DNA from: Octopus sinensis | Taxonomy: Eukaryota | DNA: 64,000 nt | Reading direction: 5' to 3' | NCBI RefSeq assembly: GCF_006345805.1 | Contig: NC_043003.1 | Location: forward strand, 93,930,001 to 93,994,000 | In this document: one piece after another, positions 39,538 through 49,072 of the stretch | Layout: every line of letters starts with the position of its first letter | How positions within the stretch are numbered: position 1 is the stretch's first letter | Translations under genes and position numbers: made by a program | The notes under the pieces: generated by a model | Database searches by the model: none | What the model was told of the DNA's origin: nothing | What the model saw: the letters and a program-made list of their open reading frames with translations, nothing else

Positions 39538-39612
<75 letters not shown>

Positions 39613-40705
39613 TATATATATACACACAAACAAAAGAGTTTATAGTTTCGAGGGGATTTATGTACACGATTATGTAATTGTGAATTGAAATATGTAAAAA
39701 GATAAAAGTTGGTTATGAAAAAAGTTTCTTTATTTAAACGTTCTTGTGGAGAAATTGTAAAAGGGGAAGACTTTGAAATATGATTTGATGTTATCTGCTC
39801 ATTTTTCTATATGTTCACTGATAGGAATTTGCCTGTATTGCGTAAACGAATTTGCTCTTTATTTAGAGTGGGTCTCCGTCTCAAGGTCATACTCGTTTGT
39901 CCAATATAGTTGTGTCCACAATCCTAGAAGGTTATTACATAAATTAGGTTCTCAGAGGCACAAGTGAAACTAGTTTTAATTGTGAACCTCTCTCCTTGTT
40001 TGAAAAGGAAATCCGAGCCTTCAAATAAGTTAGGACAGGTTCCATAGTTTGGGTGCCCATATTTTTTAACCGTTGGATTAGTAGTTGTTTTGTAAAACTT
40101 CGCATTTGTTAGCAGTCAATTTAGCGATGTGTGCTGCTTTTTGCATTTGATGAGTTTGTGCGGTTTCAGGATGTCGTTCATTTTGGGATCTCTAGTTAGT
40201 AAAGGAAGATTTTGCACAATAGCGTTGAATGCCTCACTGTTTCTGGGGTTGTGTGTTGATATAAACAGTAGTGTTTTGAGATAAGTTGTGGTGTTATATT
40301 TTGTTGTTCTTAGTGTTTTTGCGTATAATTTTTTGGCACGTTTAATTCCCTCGTCTATAAATGAGGGTGGATATTGTTTTTCACTAAGCGTTGTTTTGAG
40401 GTCTTGAAGATGTCTTGAAGTAATTCTATCAGACACTAATGTGCAAATCCTCTTGCCAAATTAAAGGGGATATTTATTTTGATGTGTTTTGGGTGGCATG
40501 CGCTAAAGAGGAGATATTGTTTCAAGTCCGTTGGTTTATAATAGATGTCAGTTATAATTTGATTGTTGGCTTTTTTTTATCATGATGTCTAAAAATGAGA
40601 GCTGTTCTTTGTTATATTCATTGTGAATTAAATGTTACTATTTATATCATTTAGTGTTGATTTGAAGTCCAAACGTTTGTCGATGGTCTCCTTCCAAATG
40701 ATAAA

Positions 40706-43352
40706 TACCGTCCAGCGGTATTCTACCCACTAATGCTCAACCTACAACGAAATTCGATGCCGTCTATTGCAAGCTGAGCCTATCCGAGTTTTGCCTGCCC
40801 GTGTTAGCTGTCTACAGGCCGCCTCTTGCCGACCCCCAGGACGATGCTCATTTACTCGAAGCGATAAGATTCGTTTCAGCTTCGTATGACTGTTTGGTAC
40901 TAGGAGACTTCAACGCTCCCACGATCGATTGACCCGCATCAATTTGTACAACATCTTCCCGGTTCGGCCAGGCCCTTCTTGACGTGGCTGAAGATTGTTT
41001 TCTATCGCAACATGTTGAATATCCGACAAGGCATCGGTCTGGGCAGCAGCCATCTATGCTGGATCTGGTATTCTCCCGCTATCCAAGATCAGTGTCAGAC
41101 GTATCTGTGTGCGCCCCTCTTGCCAAGAGTGATCATGCGGTCCTGAAGTTCGTCATGCACACAACTTTTTCTACGCCCACGACTACTTCGCTGCCACGTA
41201 GAGTCTTCTCTGCAATTAATCTTGAAATTCTAACCGAGGCTTCCGCGCTTCTGGACTGGCGATCCCTGATGACGTTGTCCTCAGTTGACGAACTATGGTC
41301 ATCCCTCAAAGCATATGTAATCTGGTTGACTGACCAGGCAGTTCCCGTTGGGCTTCCCAAGAAGAAGCACAAGCCCTGGGTGACGAAGAAGGTTAAATGA
41401 GAACGTCGACTCAGAGATATTGCTTGGGCTGAATTAAAAAATCTGGATTCGACTGCAGCTTTTGAGGTGTACAAAACTCAACGAGACCGAGCCGTGAAAA
41501 TTGAAAAGGGAGAACGCTTCAGTTATGAATACAAATTCGCGGCAAATGCCAGTAGCAATCCAAAAACCTTCTTTGCCCATCTCCAACGGAATTCCCGCTT
41601 GAACAACAGATTGCAACGTTGGTAGACTCAACAGGCGTATCGATTGGGGACCCTTATCAACAGAGTCAATTATTTGCCGAGGCTTTTTCAACTATTTTCA
41701 AACAAGATGATGGTCGTGAACCCCCTCCATTTGATAGATCGGTACCTCCAATGCCTAGATTGGTCATCACGCGGGACGAAGTCAAACGTGTTATTCAAGG
41801 CCTCGATGTCAACAAGGGTCACGGCCCTGACGGCATACACCCACGGGTTATCAAAGCGTTGGCTCCGGTCATCTGCGAGCCCTTAACACGTCTATTCAAT
41901 ATGTCATTGGCGATGGGTGTTATACCTGCGGACTGGAGAACAGTGATAATCTGCCCAATTTTCAAGAAAGGGAGCCGCGAAGACCCGCTTAACTACCGAC
42001 CGGTTTCCCTTACATCAATAATCAGCAAGATGTTCGAAACCATCCTTAAGAAAAGTATGATGCTCCACCTCCAAAACACAGCCTCTATCTCTGATTCCCA
42101 ACACGGCTTCGTGCCAAAGAGATCATGCTTGACCAACTTACTGGTAGTGGAAGAATTAGTGACGCGCATCCTCGATGATAGTGATGCTGTTGACATCGTT
42201 TTATTGGACTTTGCCAAAGCTTTTGACTCGGTAAACCACCGCCTATTACTTGTCAAGCTTCAAGCATATAGTTTCCATCCGGATATTGTACGTTGGGTTG
42301 GTCCCCTCCTCTCAGATCGCTCCTTCCAAGTCCAAGTTAATGGTTCGCGGTCCGACGTCTCCAGTGCGAGCAGTGGCGTGCCTCAAGGTTCAGTGCTTGG
42401 GCCCTTATTGTTCTTAGTCTTCATAAATGACTTGCCCGACGACCTCACGCAACACACCCTTCTATTTGCCGACGATATCAAACTGGCCGCTCCTCGCGGT
42501 GATACAGAGGATCTTCGTCGATGCCTCCACCAAATTTGGAAGTGGTCTAACGAATGGGACCTGTGTCTGAACGTGTCAAAGTGCTGTCATCTGCCTGTTG
42601 GCTCTCCTTCTGCAACTCAACTTGATTTCGAGCCGGGTCGTCTGCTGCTGGAGAGGACCGATCAGGTAAAGGACCTGGGTATCTTGGTGGATTCCTCCTT
42701 TTCGCCTTCGGCCCAGTACGTCCATGCTGCCAACAAAGCACGCGGAATTCTGTTCTTGATTCGACGGTCATTCGGAATGCTCACAGCAGCCATATTCCTA
42801 CCACTCTATGTCACGCTGGTGAGACCCATATTGGAGTACGGGATTCAAGCCTCTTCTCCTTATCTCCTCAAAGACATACAGCATCTCGAAAGAGTCCAGA
42901 AGCTGGCTACCCGCATGGTTCATGGTCTCAAAAATTTGTTCTATGAAGAAAGGCTGAGGACGCTCGACCTTTATTCTCTTGAAAAACGCCGCCGCCGTGG
43001 TGATCTCATTCTCGCCCACAACATCATAAGCGGAAAGTGTAACCTCTCGAAAGAGCTGTTCTTCACTCCTGCTCCAGAGCGTCGGCTGCGGGGTCATTCC
43101 GAAAAGCTCTACCTGCGACGATTTCATCTCAATCGAAGGAGAGGAGCTTTCTCCGTCCGGGTTGCGGATCCGTGGAACAAGCTGCCAGACGAGATGGTGA
43201 AGATGCCGACGACCGCTTTGTTCAAAGCCTCCCTTGACCTCAAGTGGCCTGAACTCTTTACATGAACACCACCCTGTACTTAACTCCATGTCCCCCTACA
43301 TGGCCTTGCTATTTGCTTTTGAGCCAAATTAACTAACTAACTAACTAACTAA
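40706..43352 (+). mobile_element. CR1-group LINE (APE plus RT), 5'-truncated, with (CTAA)n tail
   Basis: APE motifs YRPP, LVLGDFN, LDLVFS and SDH. ORF 41619-43265 has NYRPVSLTS, QHGF, DFAKAFDSVNH, SGVPQGSVLGP, LFADDIK, LVRPILEY and LERVQ. Tail is taactaactaac. Confidence 0.95.
41619..43265 (+). CDS. Reverse transcriptase portion of LINE ORF2 (548 aa open frame)
   Basis: Uninterrupted RT domain with FADD. The upstream endonuclease part has stops or a frameshift, so the copy is probably non-functional as a whole. Confidence 0.8.
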   Translation: MVDSTGVSIGDPYQQSQLFAEAFSTIFKQDDGREPPPFDRSVPPMPRLVITRDEVKRVIQGLDVNKGHGPDGIHPRVIKALAPVICEPLTRLFNMSLAMGVIPADWRTVIICPIFKKGSREDPLNYRPVSLTSIISKMFETILKKSMMLHLQNTASISDSQHGFVPKRSCLTNLLVVEELVTRILDDSDAVDIVLLDFAKAFDSVNHRLLLVKLQAYSFHPDIVRWVGPLLSDRSFQVQVNGSRSDVSSASSGVPQGSVLGPLLFLVFINDLPDDLTQHTLLFADDIKLAAPRGDTEDLRRCLHQIWKWSNEWDLCLNVSKCCHLPVGSPSATQLDFEPGRLLLERTDQVKDLGILVDSSFSPSAQYVHAANKARGILFLIRRSFGMLTAAIFLPLYVTLVRPILEYGIQASSPYLLKDIQHLERVQKLATRMVHGLKNLFYEERLRTLDLYSLEKRRRRGDLILAHNIISGKCNLSKELFFTPAPERRLRGHSEKLYLRRFHLNRRRGAFSVRVADPWNKLPDEMVKMPTTALFKASLDLKWPELFT

Positions 43353-45275
43353 AACAATCAACCAAGTATCTTTTCCAGTTCTCTCTTATATAATGGTAAA
43401 ATGGGTAACCATATTTTTGAAGTGATACTTCATTATTAGGTTCGCAAGAACAGGGACTGCTTTCGTCCTCATCGCAATTACGCATTTTTAACGATAGTAT
43501 GTGTCATCAAATAGGAAATAGTTGTTCTGAAGTATAAGTTTTAAAGAACCATTAATAAAATTCTGATTTATGAGTTCCGGGTGTACTGTGGGGGTACTTT
43601 TCCAACCAGATTTTGATTGCTTCTATTCCATAGTCATGTGGGATGTTGGTGTAAAGATTGATAACATCGAAGGTAACCAATATTGCCTCTACATTAATTG
43701 TTTTTGGTAGGTATTCTAGCATGTTTAAATCATCTCTAATGAAACTTTTGATTATTTTAGCAAGGTTTTCATTAGGATGTCTAGAAAATTGCTCAGGTGG
43801 TGGGTCAACTACAATGAGTCTTAAAGTTAAGTCTTCTGGTGTTTGGATATTTATGTATTTGCCTGGTGATTGTTTGCAGGCTTCATTGATTATCTTGCTC
43901 TTGTGTATTTTAGGAAGGCCGTAAAAAAGACTGGGTTTACATTTGAAGTTCGTGATGTAGTCCGTTTCTTTTCCTTGTTTTTTTTGTTGTTTATAGTTTA
44001 TAACATTTTCGTAGAAGACCTCGTTTTCTAGTATGGATAATACTAGGTTTTTATAGTGTGTTCTGTGTCAATCAGGACTACAGCACTTCCTTTGTCTGCT
44101 TCTTTGTCAGGTCTTTGTCGTTTTGTAGTTCAATTAGATTTTTCTATTCTAGATTGTTGAGGTTCGAATTATTTTTTCGTTTAATGGAGGTATGTGGGAA
44201 ATTTTTGATATGGTCGTAGAAGTCATCCAGTGTTTTATTCCTACCCTTATGTGGAAGGTAATTACTGCTGTGTTGTTGCAGTCAGTTAGTGCTTCTGCGA
44301 GTCGTAGTTTTCTGCAGAATTCCGAAATATTGTCTTTAATTTCATTATGGTTAGACCTTCGTGGGGTTTGAAGTAAACTTTAAACCTTTGGCTAGTATAT
44401 TGATTTTTATTATGGATAGAGTTTTCTTTGATAAGTTAATGACTTTGGGTTTCTCCCGGTACGTTTTGTTCCAACGTGTGTCCCTGTTTCTTTCCACTCG
44501 GTCTAAAAAATGTTTATTGCAGTTTGGTTGCTAGAAGATATCATTGGAGATATTGTTATTAATTAAATCAGTATTATTATTTATCTTGGGATTGCTGGGA
44601 GGTTGGTGTTGCTGCGTGGGTAAACTGGCTGGGAGCACGTGGCTTGGGTTTCTTCGTTGGAATGAATTGTTGGGGTGCCTAATTATATTTGGAATGCTGG
44701 GGAGCTGGTTGTGTTGTCTGGGTAAATACGATGAGGTTCCGTAGGTTGAGTTTCTTCGTTGAGGAGTAAAGGGGGACTCTTGGATGTTTCTCGTTTCTGA
44801 GAGAAAAAATTACTCCTAACTCTATGTTGGTTTCTTCTAGTGTTTCTAATTGGTGAGTTGTCCCTGTTATTAGATCGAGAATGGTTTTCTTTTAGACGAT
44901 GGGTCAGTTTTGTGTGTTTGTGTTCTTTTGGATGTTGATTGTTTGATCTAGGTGGACATGTATTTATTCCTGTAGAGATTTTTGTGTCCAGATGTTTTTT
45001 AGTAAGGGGTTATCTGAAGTGTAGTCTCTTTTAAACTGAGCTTCATAACTAGCTATATTAGCTATATCAAATCACTGATAGAGAGGTAAACAGTAACAGA
45101 ACGGAATCGTAAAATATATTTGCCAACTAAATGTGGTAGTCCCGCAGAGGACGATGTTACTGTTGTTTTAAGCCCCATGAAGACATCTTCTACAATTGGT
45201 TAACGACAGACTCTCTCTGTCCGATTAATATTTGCGAGTTGAGGTCATCGCTCCCATCTCTAGACTTACGTGATT

Positions 45276-45320
45276 CACACAGACCTGGGTTTCTGGGTAG
45301 TTATCCGTCTTCAGCTAGTG
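45276..45320 (-). ncRNA. Type I hammerhead ribozyme (inverted copy, stem I damaged)
   Basis: Minus strand reads CTGAAGA-cggataactaccca-GAAA-cccagg-TC-tgtgtg. Confidence 0.6.
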
Positions 45321-45609
45321 ATGAACACTCATTCCACTTACAAAATACTATATGCTTTTTCCATCGATCTCGAAAAAGGAGAAAAAGCTACATCAAATCT
45401 CTGAGCAACAGTAACATCGTCCTCTATGAGACCACCACATTTAGTTGACGAATATATTTTATGATTCCGCACTGTTACTGTTTACCTGTCGCCCAGAAAT
45501 TTCATATAGCTTATTTCTCCTTTCTCGAGATTAGCGACATTTTGTCGCTGGAAAAAAGCATATAGTATTTAGCGAGTGGGAGGAGTTTCCATCACTGGCT
45601 GGTAATTAT

Positions 45610-45654
45610 CACACACTGAAGACGGGTAACTAATCAGAAACCCGGGTCTGTGTG
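45610..45654 (+). ncRNA. Minimal type I hammerhead ribozyme
   Basis: cacaca-CTGAAGA-cgggtaactaatca-GAAA-cccggg-TC|tgtgtg. Stem I is 6 bp and stem III is the perfect palindrome acccgggt. Confidence 0.8.
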
Positions 45655-45859
45655 TATCACGTAAGGCTAGAGATGGGAGCGATGACCTCCCTTCGCAAAT
45701 ACTAATCGGACAGACAGTGTGTCGTTACTCAGCTGGAGGAAATGTCTTCCTGGGGCGAAAAACAACAGTAACATTGTCCTCTATGGGTCCGCCACATTTA
45801 GTTCGCAAATATATTTTACGATATATATAAAGCAATAATCGGTGTTTCGGCGTTCCTGG

Positions 45860-46165
45860 CAAAGCAGACGAAGAACTCGGGTTTGGCATAGTGGCCAAAC
45901 AACTATTAAAATAAAAGCAGGGGTTGAACATAATTTTTCGAGATAGTGTCTTTGTTTTTCGATGCACATTTTCCAGCGCTTTACAAGCTTATTCATTCCA
46001 TTGGAAAATGTTTACAGCTTGTCACTCAGACATTTATGAACCACTTCCTATACTTCTTCATCTGTAGTAAATCGACGATCTTGTAAAGAATATTTGGGCA
46101 CTCAAAGAGGTGATAGGCGGAAGGAGCAAGACCTGGACTGTATGCCGGATGTCCCCGCAACTGGA
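45860..46165 (-). mobile_element. mariner transposase C-terminal fragment
   Basis: GMNKLVKRWKMCIEKQRHYLEK is a typical mariner C-terminus, with a PAYSPGLAP-like motif upstream. Confidence 0.7.
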
Positions 46166-46289
46166 AACATACATACATACATGTATTTTTATATCAATGT
46201 ATGTACGTATGTATATAGGCATGTATGTACTACGTACGTATGTATGTTTGTATGTATGTATGAGAGTGTGTTTATGAATGAATGAATAT

Positions 46290-48705
46290 ATGTATGTATG
46301 TATGTTATTAATAAGTTTATTTCAAGATTTCTTGACAATAGAGAAAGAACCAGTTTCTAACCCAGATCCAAGGCTCTTTCATTGGAATTTCAACATCAAC
46401 AATGGGATATTTTTGTTTGTTTGTTTGTATGTATGTATGTATGTATATATGTATGTATATGCACACTTGTATATTTTATGTATGTATTCTCATGCATATA
46501 GTTGCATATCTAGACATGCACATATATATTTAAATGATAAACTGGAAAGTTTTACTGATTTTCACAGTTCCAGTGATGGATTAGATGTGTAGTCTTCAAA
46601 TTAGCTTTCTCCTTTCTGGTTTTGAGAAGCTTAATTTCTCAAGGCTGGTATTTAGGCAGTGTGTTACATATCACAGGGCTCCAATAATTACAGGCATAAA
46701 CCTGAACTTGTAATCTGGATAGACTCTATCCGATAGAGTAACTGCAGCTTTCTCAATAGTTCAGCATAGGTGTTTTTCTTTTATATGTTATCCGCTGGGC
46801 AGCTAATTTCCACAACTGTGCACAGTTTCTCTTCTTTATCCCAAATCATTACACCAGGTCTGTTTTGCTTACATTTTATTGCGGTCTTCACTGATATATT
46901 CCACCAGTATTCGTTTATATTATGAGCGGCTATGGGTTTTACCATATTGTGGGTTCTTATTTCTTTGTCCTCGGGATTAACCTTCCGACGGATTTCGTTA
47001 TAGCGTGTCCTAATTACAACAGTGATACCGTGATGACATTTTCAGACAACTGCTTATGGTATGGGTGATATCTTCAGTATGAACTCCACAAAGTCTGCAT
47101 CGGTTGTTACATTTTACTGATTTTTCTGAAACTGTATCCCTTTTATGCACCAGGTACTTGGTTGATATTTCCTGTTCCTGGATTGCAAATGCATACCCTT
47201 TCAAAGTGGGAGGTAGTAATCTGGCTATTGGTCCATAATAAACTGCTTTGATGATCGATGTTACTATTATCACAGAGCTTTGTACTGACATGTCTATGCA
47301 TAGTCTTCTGTTCATATTGACTCATCTTTTCATCTGATGATACGTTGCGGTAGTCATGCGACTTCTTTGGGCATGTATAATATTTTATGAGAGTGTCGCA
47401 CAAGGAGCTGCCTTCCAAGTTTTATGATGTTATCAGCCTCATGTATGCAAAATTGGTCAAGGGATGCACTTGGACACTTAGTGGTTAAAATATGTTGTCG
47501 AAGGGATATGACGCGACATTCGAAGGAATTTTGGACCGATGTTAAGCCTCTGCCGCATTGTTTTCGTTTTAGGTGGAAGCGGTCTACGTCACTGTTTATG
47601 TGGAAATTATGTATGCTTGTTAGTATTTTGGGGGGTTTTCACTTCAATGGCTCGGATCTCACCAAGCGTCCAACCAAGCAGCCCAAATGTTAGTATGAGT
47701 ACTGGCACTGCAAACACATTGTGGGCCACTGTTTTGTTGAATGCAGAGAGTTGTGAGGTCCAAATTTTCTTTATTCGGCTGTAATATTCCTTAGTGGAAA
47801 GTGTTTTGTTATAAGTGCCATTATAAGATATATTTTCGTCCACCCCTAGACACCTGTAACATTCCTCGTCAGATACAGGGAAACAGTCACTAATGGAAAT
47901 GTTACTTGTCTGGTTTGTAGTCTTCCCATTTTCACAGCCATTTATCCTGACCAAACTCCAATCCTACAGGGCTCTTTTTCATCTCATGCATATTCTTTGC
48001 ATAAAGTTTTAAGTCATCCACAAAGAAACAGCGTTCAATTTTGATATTTCTGATTCCTTGTGAACCAATGAGATATCCTTCAGATTCCCTTAACATGAAT
48101 GACAAGGGGTTTACAGAAAGTATTAACAACATCTGAGAGAGGCTATCTCCTTGTGATATGCCTTTGCGATACTGTATTTTATCGGTGATAATACAGTTAC
48201 CTTTAGTGTTTAATCTCAATATTGTGGCCCGCAATGAAATCAGGTGAGCTATGGCTTTTACTATTATCAGTGGAACTTTTGTTATTTGAAGGGCTTCTAT
48301 CATCCATGAGTGGGGAACAGAGTCAAAGGTTTTCTCGTCAGATTGAAAGTAGGTTCGTCCTATGGTCTTGCACCCCTGACATCACAGTTTTGCTGATTAT
48401 CAATTGCTCGGCACATCCCCAGACTCCCTTTTTCCCAGCTGCTTGTTATGCTGTGATAATGTAATTGGTTTCATAACGGTCTTGGAGGAAGAGGTTTCAA
48501 TATGCTGTATCTTATACATTAAGTTCTGGCATGCAATTGCCCGGTAGTATTTTGTCATGTTGGTGGTTCTGCATTTGGGGATAAATGCCAGAGCTAACCA
48601 GTGTGGTATGCTACTGTTCCCAATGAAAGCTTGCTGGTACAGACTGATAAAGTATAGTCGGTTGAAAGTTAGCTTCTTGTACCAATATCCAGTAATGAAG
48701 TCTCT
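46290..48705 (-). mobile_element. Decayed RLE-type (R4/Dong-like) LINE
   Basis: Fragments YRAIACQNLMYK, KGISQGDSLS, FFVDDLKLY, YRCLGVDE, FAIQEQEISTKY and CRLCGVHTEDITHTISSC. Confidence 0.85.
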
Positions 48706-48739
48706 TGAATGCATGTATGTATGTATGTATGTATATATG

Positions 48740-48962
48740 TCTTCTTCTTCTTCTTACAGCATTCACCCGGGGTGGATTGAGCTGGCTTCATTCATCCTCA
48801 ATGCTGCATCTCTCACTAACGCCGACCAGGCCTGGCGATTTGAGGCTAACGACCGCGTGATCTCCAACCACTCCTTATTCCAGCGGCGAACGCCGTAGAT
48901 ATGGGGGCCTAGGTAGGGTTCCAGATCAGCCTTGACTGTCATCAGCCAGGATTTTCGTTGTC
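48740..48962 (-). mobile_element. RTE 3' fragment with (GAA)n tail
   Basis: Minus strand reads WLMTVKADLEPYLGPHIYGVRRWNKEWLEITRSLASNRQAWSALVRDAA followed by a gaagaagaag tail. Inserted in a (TATG)n array. Confidence 0.75.
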
Positions 48963-49072
48963 CATGTATGTATGTATGTATGTATGTATGTATGTATGTA
49001 TGTATGTATATTGTATGTATGTATGTATGTATGTATGTATGTATGTATGTATGTATGTATGTATGTATGTAT
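48963..49072. repeat. (TATG)n microsatellite
   Basis: Directly visible repeat. Confidence 0.95.

Larger units (their letters stand above)
38210..39544 (+). mobile_element. Young retrozyme-like element: 275-bp inverted arm plus 469-bp direct repeats (593-nt period), each with an intact HHR
   Basis: 38483-38951 equals 39076-39544 apart from a few substitutions, with a 124-bp spacer. 38210-38484 is the reverse complement of 38580-38854. (TA)n on both flanks; no ORF. Confidence 0.88.
39630..45000 (-). mobile_element. Decayed Penelope-like element (RT plus GIY-YIG), interrupted by a CR1-group LINE
   Basis: Minus strand has N-terminal NLS..., KEADKGSAVVL, FYGLPKIHK, VTFDVINLYTNIP, WKRYLVDCFIIW (split by the insertion), YKPT...HPKH, ORF 40116-40436, CGTC and LIYVI...YIGQT (GIY-YIG). 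Confidence 0.85.
45084..45825 (+). mobile_element. Retrozyme-like element: inverted monomer plus a ~357-nt permuted tandem unit
   Basis: caacagtaaca.tcgtcctctatg...ccacatttagtt recurs at 45406 and 45763. 45084-45404 is a diverged reverse complement of the whole unit. HHRs lie on both strands. Confidence 0.8.

Noticed and set aside
42798-43289. 163-aa ORF and others antisense to the LINE RT
   Set aside because: Shadow ORFs of the GC-rich LINE coding strand, with no motifs of their own.
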